Source: Candidatus Staskawiczbacteria bacterium
GTDB lineage: Bacteria; Patescibacteriota; Minisyncoccia; Minisyncoccales; Staskawiczbacteraceae
Direction of reading: 5' to 3'
DNA length: 64,000 bases
NCBI GenBank assembly: GCA_903835075.1
Contig: CAILLM010000004.1
Location: forward strand, 80,532-144,531
Shown here: positions 1 to 8,156 of the stretch, piece after piece
How positions within the stretch are numbered: the first letter of the stretch is position 1
Layout of the letters: each line of letters opens with the position of its first letter
Notes under the pieces: generated by a model
What the model was told of the DNA's origin: nothing
Seen by the model: only the letters and a program-made list of their open reading frames with translations
Database searches by the model: none
Made by a program: the position numbers and the translations under genes

Positions 1-87
1 GGTGGAAAAGACGCCACGCCTTATCCTGTTGACACAGAAACTTACGACCAAACTATAGAAGGTCTTAAAAAGTTTATAAAACCTTGA
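1..87 (+). CDS. 3' end of an unidentified CDS (partial, enters from window start)
   Basis: Frame 1 is open from base 1 to TGA at 85-87 (GGKDATPYPVDTETYDQTIEGLKKFIKP*). No recognisable motif. Confidence 0.3.
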   Translation, partial: GGKDATPYPVDTETYDQTIEGLKKFIKP

Positions 88-111
88 CACATATAAAATT
101 AGAGATAATGT
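84..111 (+). promoter_or_regulatory. Candidate sigma70-type promoter for the 141..1034 gene
   Basis: TTGACA at 84-89, a 16-nt spacer, then TAATGT at 106-111, about 30 nt upstream of the ATG at 141. Confidence 0.4.
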
Positions 112-140
112 TAAGCTAAATAGTAAATAATTATAAAAAT

Positions 141-1034
141 ATGATAAACGTTAAAAAGTTAAGTTTTGTATTAATATTAACAGCAATATTGTTTGTAACT
201 TCGGGCGTGGCGGTTTTTGCTCAATGGGTTGGCGGGGTTACTGTGCAAACAAATTTGCCAACAAATGTTTCTAATTATCAGACAACGCTTAATGGTAATT
301 TATCTATCCCGTACATAAGCAATTCGAATTATGTATATTTTCAATGGGGTACAACTAATGGATATGGTAATCAAACAAATCAACAATATTTAAACAATGG
401 TTCTTTTAGCCAAGTTATTTCTGGATTAAATTATAATACATCCTATCATTATAGGGCCGTGGCGCAGGGTAGTTTCGGAACTGTTTATGGCCAAGATGTG
501 GTTTTCTATATGGGGCAACAAGAGGTTAGCGGATCAAATTATGTGCAAACAAATTTACCAACAAACATCTTTGATACGGGTGCTACTTTTAATGGTTATT
601 TGTATGGAAGTTCTCAGTCAACAAATTATGCATATTTTCAGTGGGGCACAACTCAAGGTTATGGATATGAAACGCCCAAAACCACAATTGGTTATTCTGG
701 ATCATTCTCGCAAACTATGGGGAATTTGACGCCCAATACAATATATCACTACAGAGCTGTATCACAAAGTGGATATTATGGGACTACAATCTATGGCCCA
801 GATGTTGTGTTTACAACTTATGGCGGTACGGTCTATGTACCACCAATTGTTTATAATTACACTGGCGGTGGGCAGGTGCTTGGAGTTAGTACTGTTGATA
901 CGGGATTAACTAATAATTTTTTTACAGATTCATTTTTTATGCCGTTGCTGATTATTATTTTAAGTCTATGGTTATATTTTTCGGGTAGAGTGGACAAGTT
1001 AGCTAATAGATTAAAATTAAAATTTAGAAAATAA
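141..1034 (+). CDS. Secreted/cell-surface protein with two tandem FN3-like repeats and a conserved C-terminal anchor motif
   Basis: N-terminal hydrophobic signal (LSFVLILTAILFVTSGVAVFA). Two ~91-aa repeats share VQTNLPTN..YFQWGTT.GYG..YHYRAV..G.DVVF. The C-terminus reads TGLTNNFFTDSFFMPLL, then a TM helix, then a basic tail. Confidence 0.75.
   Translation: MINVKKLSFVLILTAILFVTSGVAVFAQWVGGVTVQTNLPTNVSNYQTTLNGNLSIPYISNSNYVYFQWGTTNGYGNQTNQQYLNNGSFSQVISGLNYNTSYHYRAVAQGSFGTVYGQDVVFYMGQQEVSGSNYVQTNLPTNIFDTGATFNGYLYGSSQSTNYAYFQWGTTQGYGYETPKTTIGYSGSFSQTMGNLTPNTIYHYRAVSQSGYYGTTIYGPDVVFTTYGGTVYVPPIVYNYTGGGQVLGVSTVDTGLTNNFFTDSFFMPLLIIILSLWLYFSGRVDKLANRLKLKFRK
243..815 (+). repeat. Internal tandem duplication (two ~273-nt units, 300-nt period) inside the 141..1034 CDS
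   Basis: gtgcaaacaaatttgccaacaaat at 243 recurs as gtgcaaacaaatttaccaacaaac at 543. The encoded repeats align along their full length. Confidence 0.85.
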
Positions 1035-1059
1035 AAAAGGGGGTTTTGCCCCTTTTTTG
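1034..1059 (+). terminator. Rho-independent terminator
   Basis: aaaaaaggggg-tttt-gcccctttttt hairpin plus T-run directly after the stop codon. Confidence 0.8.
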
Positions 1060-1089
1060 TTACTCATAAATTTGTTAATATAGTTAAAT

Positions 1090-1689
1090 ATGGAAATAGA
1101 ATACGAAGCAACATTTACTAACATAAATAAGGACGAGTACAGGAAGAAATTAGAAGGAATTGGCGCAAAATTATTGAAATCAGAATTTTTACAAAAAAGG
1201 GTAGTCTTTGAATTACCAAAAGGTCATGAAATTAAAGGAGGCTGGCTTAGAGTAAGAGACGAAGGTGACAAAATAACAATGAGTTTAAAGATAGTTGATG
1301 GCAATAAAATAGAAAATCAAAAGGAGCTATGTTTGAGAGTAGATAATTTTGAACATGCAACGGAATTTTTAATTAGTATTGGATGTACTAAAAAGGGTTA
1401 CCAGGAAAGTAAACGAGAGTTATGGGTTTTAAATGGAGTGGAAATAACAATTGATGAATGGCCGTTTTTGGAGCCATATTTAGAAATAGAAGGGAAGTCC
1501 GAAAAAGAAGTTAAAAATGTTTCTGAAAAACTTGGGCTAGATTATTCTACTGCGATGTTTTGCGCGGTAGATACTATTTATAGTAAAAAATATAATTTGC
1601 CAGAGAATGTAATTGATAATAATATTTCAAAAATTATTTTTGGTGGAGAAAATCCGTTTATAAATTATAAAGATAAAAATGGCAATTGA
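1090..1689 (+). CDS. CYTH-domain protein (CyaB/thiamine-triphosphatase-like)
   Basis: N-terminal EIEYEATF (ExExK-like strand), WLRVRDEGDKITMSLK, and ITIDEWPFLEPYLEIEG resembling the CYTH C-terminal LD.v.glG.f.EiE strand. Confidence 0.6.
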   Translation: MEIEYEATFTNINKDEYRKKLEGIGAKLLKSEFLQKRVVFELPKGHEIKGGWLRVRDEGDKITMSLKIVDGNKIENQKELCLRVDNFEHATEFLISIGCTKKGYQESKRELWVLNGVEITIDEWPFLEPYLEIEGKSEKEVKNVSEKLGLDYSTAMFCAVDTIYSKKYNLPENVIDNNISKIIFGGENPFINYKDKNGN

Positions 1690-4552
1690 TTTGAATAAAT
1701 TAAATAAAGAGCAAAAAGAAGCTGTGTTGCACGACAAGGGTCCGCTTTTAATTGTAGCAGGAGCTGGCACAGGGAAGACAACAGTTATAACCCAGCGCAT
1801 AGTTAATTTAATTGAGCAAAAGCTAGCTAGGCCAGAAGAAATTTTAGCGGTTACTTTCACTGAAAAAGCCGCACTTGAAATGGAAGAAAGGGTTGATAGG
1901 CTTTTAGATTATGGTTATACGGATCTGTGGATTTCAACCTTTCATGCTTTTTGCGAAAAAGTTTTAAGAGAAAATGCGCTAGATATTGGTTTGGCTCCTA
2001 ACTTTAAAATGTTAGATGGAACAGCCTCTTGGCTTTTAGCTAGGCAAAATTTAGATAAGTTTGATTTAAAATATTATAAATCTTTGGGAAATCCTACGAA
2101 GTTTATTCAAGCTTTAATTTCTCATTTTTCTCATTGCAAAGACCAAGAAGTATATCCAGAAAATTATTTAGAATATGCCAACACCCTAAAAACTACTAAT
2201 GACGACATAGAGGGTCAAGAAACAGAAAGAGTCAAAGAGGTCGCAAACGCTTACCGTGTTTACCAGCAAATTTTGTTAGATAACGGCTCTTTAGACTTTG
2301 GAGACTTAATAAACTATTGTTTAAAACTATTCAAAAAACGACCTTTAATTTTAAAAAAATACAGAGAAAAATTTAAATATATTTTAGTTGATGAATTCCA
2401 AGATACTAATTGGGCTCAATATGAATTAATCAAGATATTAGCGGAGCCAGAAAATAATTTAACTGTTTGCGCTGATGATGACCAGGCAATATACAGATGG
2501 CGCGGAGCTTCTTTTTCCAACATCATAAAATTCAAAGAAGATTTTCCCGAGGCTAAACAAATTTCCCTTATAAATAATTATAGGTCTAGCCAAAACATTT
2601 TAGACCAGTCATATAATTTTATAAAACAAAATGATCCAGATAGACTAGAATTTAGAATTAAAATAAATAAAAAATTAGTTGCTAATATTCCAGAAAAAGG
2701 AACTATAAAACATATTCACTGTAAAACTTTGGAGCAGGAAGTTGGACAAGTTGTAAAGAAAATTTTGGAAATTAAAAAAAGCGATAAAAAGATTTCATAC
2801 AGCGAATTTGCAATTTTAGTTAGGGCAAATGATTCAGCAATTCCATTTATTAGAGCCTTAGAGCGTGCACAATTGCCGTATCAATTTTTAGCTTCAAGGG
2901 GTCTTTATTCTAAGCCAGTAGTTTTAGATATAATTTCTTATTTTAAAATATTAGATAATTATCATGAAGGAATTGCAACATACAGAATTTTAAGTTTGCC
3001 ATTTTTAGAAATTGATAATGCAGACATAGCTACAATAACTCAATATAGCCACAAAAAAACAAAGTCTTTATTTGAGTCGCTACAGGAATTAACTCTTATT
3101 GCCGGTATATCTAAAAATACACACGAGAAAGTGGCTTTTCTATTAAGTTTGATACAAAAACATAGCGAAATGGCGAGAGACAAGGGGGTCTCAGAGGTTT
3201 TAGTCAATTTTTTAGTTGACTCAGGATACTTAGAATATATTAAAGATGACCAAGATAAAATAGATTTAGTAAACCAATTTTTAAAGAAAACAAAACAATT
3301 TGAAGATAATAACTTAGAGCCAACCTTGAAGAGCTTTATGGAGCAAATGACCCTTGAAATTGAATCTGGTGAGGAGGGCAAATTGGAATTTGACCCAGAA
3401 CAGGGCCCTGACATGATTAAAGTAATGACAATCCACGGAGCTAAAGGATTAGAGTTTAAATATGTATTTTTAGTAGGCATGGTAGACAGAAGATTTCCAA
3501 CAGACCAAAGAAAAGACCCAATAGAATTACCAGATGCTCTTATTAAAGACATAAAACCAACTGGAGATGTCCACTTGCAGGAAGAAAGAAGGCTTTGTTA
3601 TGTTGCCATGACTAGGGCTAAAAATGGTCTTTACTTTACTTCAGCAGATGATTACGGTGGACAAAGAAAAAAGAAATTATCTAGATTTTTAACAGAAATG
3701 GGATATAAACAAGAAGATTTATCTTCGGTTGCGGAAAGTGAATTATTAAAAGAAAGAAATAAGGTCATAGCAATAAAGCCAAAATATTCTTATGCTATTC
3801 CAGATCATTTTTCTTTTTCTCAATTAGCTATTTATGAAAAATGTCCGTTACAATATAAATTTCAATATATATTAAAAATTCCTCAAAAAGGAAAAGCAGT
3901 TTTTTCTTTTGGAAGTACAGTGCACAACACTTTCCACCAATTTTTAAAACTAGTTAATGAAAATCCCTCCTCCGCCGAGGCTACGGAAGGGTCGCTCAAA
4001 AATTTAAGAGAAATTTATGAGCGAAATTGGATTGATGAATGGTATGAATCTAAAAAACAAAAACAAGATTATAGAAAAAATGGTGAAAGAATAATAAAAA
4101 ATTTTTATGATAATTTTTTAAAAAATCCGCCCAAACTTTTGGAGATTAATGGTTCACTAGCGCTTGAAACTCCTTTTAATTTAAAAATTGGGGAAGACAC
4201 AATTTATGGAAGAATAGATAGAATTGATAATAATGATGGCGAGATTGAAATTATAGATTACAAAACCGGCAAACCCAAAGAAAAGCTAACCCCAGAAGAA
4301 AAGGAGCAACTTTTAATATACCAAATGGCTGCCCAAGAAGTTTTGGATATAAAACCCCACAAGCTTACTTATCATTATTTAGAAGAAGATAAGAAAATTT
4401 CATTTTTGGGGACAGAGCACGAAATAGAAAATTTGAGAGAAAAAATAAAAGGAATAATTAAAAAAATTAAAAATAACGAGTTTGATGCAAAGCCAGGTTT
4501 TAATTGTGAGTATTGCGACTTTAAAGACTTGTGTGATTTTGCCCAAAGATAG
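1679..4552 (+). CDS. UvrD/PcrA/AddA-type superfamily-1 helicase fused to a C-terminal PD-(D/E)xK nuclease with an Fe-S Cys cluster
   Basis: Walker A AGAGTGKT, DEFQDT, YRWRGA, TIHGAKGLEF and VAMTRAK helicase motifs. The C-terminal RecB/AddB-like nuclease has C...CEYCDFKDLC. Confidence 0.9.
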   Translation: MAIDLNKLNKEQKEAVLHDKGPLLIVAGAGTGKTTVITQRIVNLIEQKLARPEEILAVTFTEKAALEMEERVDRLLDYGYTDLWISTFHAFCEKVLRENALDIGLAPNFKMLDGTASWLLARQNLDKFDLKYYKSLGNPTKFIQALISHFSHCKDQEVYPENYLEYANTLKTTNDDIEGQETERVKEVANAYRVYQQILLDNGSLDFGDLINYCLKLFKKRPLILKKYREKFKYILVDEFQDTNWAQYELIKILAEPENNLTVCADDDQAIYRWRGASFSNIIKFKEDFPEAKQISLINNYRSSQNILDQSYNFIKQNDPDRLEFRIKINKKLVANIPEKGTIKHIHCKTLEQEVGQVVKKILEIKKSDKKISYSEFAILVRANDSAIPFIRALERAQLPYQFLASRGLYSKPVVLDIISYFKILDNYHEGIATYRILSLPFLEIDNADIATITQYSHKKTKSLFESLQELTLIAGISKNTHEKVAFLLSLIQKHSEMARDKGVSEVLVNFLVDSGYLEYIKDDQDKIDLVNQFLKKTKQFEDNNLEPTLKSFMEQMTLEIESGEEGKLEFDPEQGPDMIKVMTIHGAKGLEFKYVFLVGMVDRRFPTDQRKDPIELPDALIKDIKPTGDVHLQEERRLCYVAMTRAKNGLYFTSADDYGGQRKKKLSRFLTEMGYKQEDLSSVAESELLKERNKVIAIKPKYSYAIPDHFSFSQLAIYEKCPLQYKFQYILKIPQKGKAVFSFGSTVHNTFHQFLKLVNENPSSAEATEGSLKNLREIYERNWIDEWYESKKQKQDYRKNGERIIKNFYDNFLKNPPKLLEINGSLALETPFNLKIGEDTIYGRIDRIDNNDGEIEIIDYKTGKPKEKLTPEEKEQLLIYQMAAQEVLDIKPHKLTYHYLEEDKKISFLGTEHEIENLREKIKGIIKKIKNNEFDAKPGFNCEYCDFKDLCDFAQR
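3965..3996 (+). repeat. GC-rich hairpin mini-insert, in frame in the helicase gene (encodes PSSAEATEGSL)
   Basis: ccctcctccgccgaggctacggaagggtcgct sits in AT-rich coding DNA. Stems ccct/aggg and tccg/cgga. Shares CCGCC-gAGGCTacGG with the copies at 29101 and 49103. Confidence 0.5.
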
Positions 4553-4604
4553 GAACTATTTTTGTTATTCCTACGTATTAATATAATAAAAAATAAATAT
4601 TAAA

Positions 4605-5738
4605 ATGAAAGAAATCATAAAAGATGAGTTTGGTCCAGAATATGTAATAAATATTTATGACCCTAAATTAAAAATGGAGGGTTTTTTAGTTATTGACAAC
4701 ACTGTGTTGGGGCCGGGAAAGGGTGGAATAAGAATGACTGAAAATGTAACACCAGAAGAAGTTTTTAGGCTAGCAAGAACAATGACTTTTAAAAATGCTT
4801 TAGCAGACCTGCCTTTTGGTGGAGCTAAAGCGGGGATAGTTTGGAAGGGTGGAAGTGATGAATTAAAAAAGCAGTTTATACAAAGCTTTGCAAAATCAAT
4901 TAAGCTTTTAACGCCTAAAAAATATATTGCCGCTCCAGACGTTTATACAGGAGAGAAGGAAATGCAGTGGTTTGTAGAGGCCACAGGAGATTGGAGGTCT
5001 GCTACGGGAAAGCCAGCCACTTACTGCATGAGAGCATTTGGTAAAAAGGGCGAAAGATGTGGCATCCCTCACGAGTATGGAAGCACGGGATTTGGAGTTG
5101 CAAAAACAGCAGAAGCTGCTGCTGAAATTTTAGGAATAAATATTGAGGGTGCTAAAGTTGCCATACATGGTTTTGGAAATGTTGGAACTTTTGCTTATAA
5201 ATTTTTAACAGAAATGGGAGCAAAGGTTATTGTTTTAGCAGATCATGAAGCTGCTATTTATGAGGAGAATGGTTTTGATCATAAATTAATTTCAGAAATT
5301 ATCAAAGACAGAAAAACTTTAAAACATTATCCCCATGGTCAAAAAATTCCTGCAGAAAAATTTTGGGAAATTGAAACAGACATTTTAATCCCTGCATCAA
5401 TTACAAACGTAATTAATGAAAGTAATAAAAATAAAATTAAAACAAGATTAATTGTTGAGGCGGGCAATATTCCTATGTCTGAAGAAACAGAGAAAGAGTT
5501 TTTTAAAAAAGGAATTCCCGTGGTGCCAGATTTTATTGCTAATGCTGGTGGAGTTATTTCTTCATATGCAGAATACAGGGGTTATAATCCTAAAAGAATG
5601 ATGGAAACAATAGAGAAAAAAATAACGAAAAATGTTAAGATTATAATGAAGAAGAGCATTAAGGAAAAAAAGGATCCGCGCGACGTGGGTTTAGAAATAG
5701 CTATTAATAGAATTACAAAAAAGCATGGAAACAATTAA
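4605..5738 (+). CDS. Glu/Leu/Phe/Val-family amino-acid dehydrogenase
   Basis: GPGKGGIRM and catalytic-Lys context FGGAKAGI. Rossmann GFGNVG dinucleotide-binding motif. Confidence 0.85.
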   Translation: MKEIIKDEFGPEYVINIYDPKLKMEGFLVIDNTVLGPGKGGIRMTENVTPEEVFRLARTMTFKNALADLPFGGAKAGIVWKGGSDELKKQFIQSFAKSIKLLTPKKYIAAPDVYTGEKEMQWFVEATGDWRSATGKPATYCMRAFGKKGERCGIPHEYGSTGFGVAKTAEAAAEILGINIEGAKVAIHGFGNVGTFAYKFLTEMGAKVIVLADHEAAIYEENGFDHKLISEIIKDRKTLKHYPHGQKIPAEKFWEIETDILIPASITNVINESNKNKIKTRLIVEAGNIPMSEETEKEFFKKGIPVVPDFIANAGGVISSYAEYRGYNPKRMMETIEKKITKNVKIIMKKSIKEKKDPRDVGLEIAINRITKKHGNN

Positions 5739-6054
5739 TTTTGATGATTTTAAAAAATTAGACATAAGAATGGGCAAGATTCTCTCGGCTGAAAGAATTG
5801 AAGGGTCTGATAAATTACTAAAATTAGAGGTTGATTTTGGGGAAGACAGGCGTCAAATATTGGCTGGAATAGCCCAATTTTATGCCCCAGAGTCACTTGT
5901 GGGGAAAGAGTGTCCTTTTGCCTATAACCTAGCCCCGCGCGTCATGAAGGGGCTAGAGAGCCAAGGGATGCTTATGTGCCCCTCAGATGAGGCTGGCAGA
6001 CCAGTATTATTACACCCCGATAAAGAGGTGCTTGCGGGTAGTATAATTAAATAG
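5725..6054 (+). CDS. tRNA-binding domain protein (CsaA/Trbp111-like OB fold)
   Basis: FKKLDIRMGKILSAERIEGSDKLLKLEVDFG...RQILAGI...LVGKEC..NLAPRVMKGLESQGMLM matches the EMAP/Trbp111 tRNA-binding domain pattern. Confidence 0.8.
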   Translation: METINFDDFKKLDIRMGKILSAERIEGSDKLLKLEVDFGEDRRQILAGIAQFYAPESLVGKECPFAYNLAPRVMKGLESQGMLMCPSDEAGRPVLLHPDKEVLAGSIIK

Positions 6055-6059
6055 TTAAT

Positions 6060-6899
6060 ATGGTACAAGATAAATACAATGCAGTTTGGGTTTCTCATTC
6101 TTCAATTGGTGACTTTTTAAAGTGTCCAAGGCTTTATTTTTTACATAATGTTTATAAAAATGAACTTGGAAGAAAAATAAATCTAACTAGCCCAGCTCTT
6201 TCTTTGGGAATTGCTGTTCACGAAACAATTGAGGGGTTGTCAAAATATAAAGTTGAGGAAAGATTTTTTAAATCCCTAGAAGAAACATTTGAGGAGGAAT
6301 GGGTAAAAGTTTCTGGTAGAAAAGGTGGTTTTAAAACAGAACAAGAAGAAGCCGAGGCCAAAGAACGTGGCAGAAAAATGGTTTTAAGAGTTGAAAAAAA
6401 CCCAGGGCCACTTGCAAATAAAACAATAAAACTTGCACCTGCTCATAACAATATGCCACCAAATTTCTTTTTGTCTGAAGAAGAAAATATTATTTTAAAT
6501 GGTAAAATTGATTGGATAGAATATGTTCCAGAAGATGATAGTATTAGAGTTATTGATTTTAAAACTGGGAAAAATGAAGAAAAAGCAGATTCTTTACAAC
6601 TTCCAATTTATTTGTTGCTTTTAAATAATCTACAAAAAAGAAAAGTGTCTGGAGCTGCATATTGGTATTTAGATATGGCTGATAAACCAGTTGCAGTTAA
6701 TTTACCAAATGCTGACAAGGCTCACGCACAAGTTTTAGAAATTGCCAGAAGAATTAAAACAGCCAGAGAAAACCAAGAATTTAGTTGTCCAAGGGGGCCA
6801 CAAGGATGTTTCGCCTGTAAGCCATTTGAAAAGATTTTAAAAGGTGAAGCAGAATATATTGGTGTTGGAGGTTATGGCCAAGATATGTATATAATTTAA
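6060..6899 (+). CDS. PD-(D/E)xK nuclease, Cas4/RecB-like, with a four-Cys cluster
   Basis: N-terminal Cys (DFLKCPRLYF), IDWIEY...VIDFKTGK core (D...D/ExK), and C-terminal CPRGPQGCFAC. Confidence 0.65.
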   Translation: MVQDKYNAVWVSHSSIGDFLKCPRLYFLHNVYKNELGRKINLTSPALSLGIAVHETIEGLSKYKVEERFFKSLEETFEEEWVKVSGRKGGFKTEQEEAEAKERGRKMVLRVEKNPGPLANKTIKLAPAHNNMPPNFFLSEEENIILNGKIDWIEYVPEDDSIRVIDFKTGKNEEKADSLQLPIYLLLLNNLQKRKVSGAAYWYLDMADKPVAVNLPNADKAHAQVLEIARRIKTARENQEFSCPRGPQGCFACKPFEKILKGEAEYIGVGGYGQDMYII

Positions 6900-6921
6900 A
6901 AATATTAATTGTCCCAAAAAT

Positions 6922-7401
6922 ATGAGTAAAAAAATTTTATTAGTTTCTGGTTTGGCGGTTTTATTAGGTGGATTTTTTGTATATGAAAAATTTGTTGTAA
7001 CTCCATCAAACCAAACTCCAATTATAAATAATGATCAGACTCAGGTGTCAGGGAATAATCCGCCACCACAAAATACAACACCAGTTGTCCCCACAACCCC
7101 TGTTGCGCCAGTTGCTTCTGGGTTTAAAAATGGGACTTACACTGGAGGCGTAGCCCAATCAATGTATGGGCCGGTCCAAGCACAAATTGTTGTTAGCTCT
7201 GGCAAAATTGTGAATGTTAATTTTTTACAATATCCTAATGATAGGCCTGCTAGCTTAAGAAAAAGCCAAATGGCTATGCCAGTAATTAAACAAGAGGTGA
7301 TTCAAAGCCAAAGTGCAAACGTAAACACAGTGTCAGGGGCAACAGAAACAAGTTATTATTTTATTCAATCAATATCATCAGCGCTGAGCCAAGCGTCATA
7401 A
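6922..7401 (+). CDS. Membrane-anchored extracytosolic FMN-binding domain protein (flavinylation substrate)
   Basis: N-terminal TM helix, Pro-rich linker, then an FMN_bind-like domain with NTVSGATETS (the [S/T]GA[S/T] flavinylation motif; Thr codon at 7342-7344). Confidence 0.7.
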   Translation: MSKKILLVSGLAVLLGGFFVYEKFVVTPSNQTPIINNDQTQVSGNNPPPQNTTPVVPTTPVAPVASGFKNGTYTGGVAQSMYGPVQAQIVVSSGKIVNVNFLQYPNDRPASLRKSQMAMPVIKQEVIQSQSANVNTVSGATETSYYFIQSISSALSQAS

Positions 7402-8156
7402 TGAAAGAAACAAGATTATTAATGGGCATGCCCATAACAATAGAAATTGTTGATGAAGCAGTAAACAAAGAAATATTTGAAAAGGCTTTTGAATATTTTG
7501 GATATATAGATAAAACTTTTAGTCCATTTAAGCCAGATAGCGAAATTTCAAAAATAAATCGCAAAGAAATTATAGAAAGTGATTGGAACAAAGATATAAA
7601 AGAAGTTTTTTTGCTTGCTGAAAAAACCAAACAAGAAACAAAAGGATATTTTGATATTGTAGATAATAATGGGAAGTACAATCCTTCTGGCATTGTAAAG
7701 GGTTGGGCGATATTAAAAGCATCACAACTAATAAAAGACCTGGGGTTCAACAATTTTTATGTTAATGCTGGCGGAGATGTACAATTTTTTGGAAAAAATA
7801 ATGATGGCAAAACCTGGAGTATTGGGATAAAAAATCCGTTTAATCAAAAAGAAATAGTTAAGGTAGTTTATTTAAAAGACGGCAATGGGATTGCCACGTC
7901 TGGAAATTATATTAGGGGAGATCATATTTATAATCCTAATGATAGAAAAGAAAAAATTGAAGATATTGTTAGTTTTACTGTAATAGGCCCAGACGTTTGT
8001 GAAGCTGATAGGTTTGCAACAGCAGTTTTTGCAATGGGGAGAGATGGAATAAATTTTTTAAATGAAATGCCAGAATATGCTGGATACATGATAAACAAAA
8101 ATGGCATAGCTTATATGACTAATAATTTTGATAAATACACAAATGAAAATTTTTAA
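7401..8156 (+). CDS. apbE: FAD:protein FMN transferase (ApbE family)
   Basis: MGMPITIEI, FSPFKPDSEISKIN, PSGIVKGWA, NAGGD, ATSGNYIRG and EADRFATAVF are typical ApbE motifs. The start overlaps the upstream stop codon. Confidence 0.85.
   Translation: MKETRLLMGMPITIEIVDEAVNKEIFEKAFEYFGYIDKTFSPFKPDSEISKINRKEIIESDWNKDIKEVFLLAEKTKQETKGYFDIVDNNGKYNPSGIVKGWAILKASQLIKDLGFNNFYVNAGGDVQFFGKNNDGKTWSIGIKNPFNQKEIVKVVYLKDGNGIATSGNYIRGDHIYNPNDRKEKIEDIVSFTVIGPDVCEADRFATAVFAMGRDGINFLNEMPEYAGYMINKNGIAYMTNNFDKYTNENF

Noticed and set aside
3040-3552. Long antisense ORFs inside the helicase (3040..3552-), dnaK (28368..28820-), dnaJ (29523..29819-), the MFS pump (22084..22434-) and dnaB (42106..42441+).
   Set aside because: Each is nested in a gene with strong family motifs. 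They are typical shadow ORFs.
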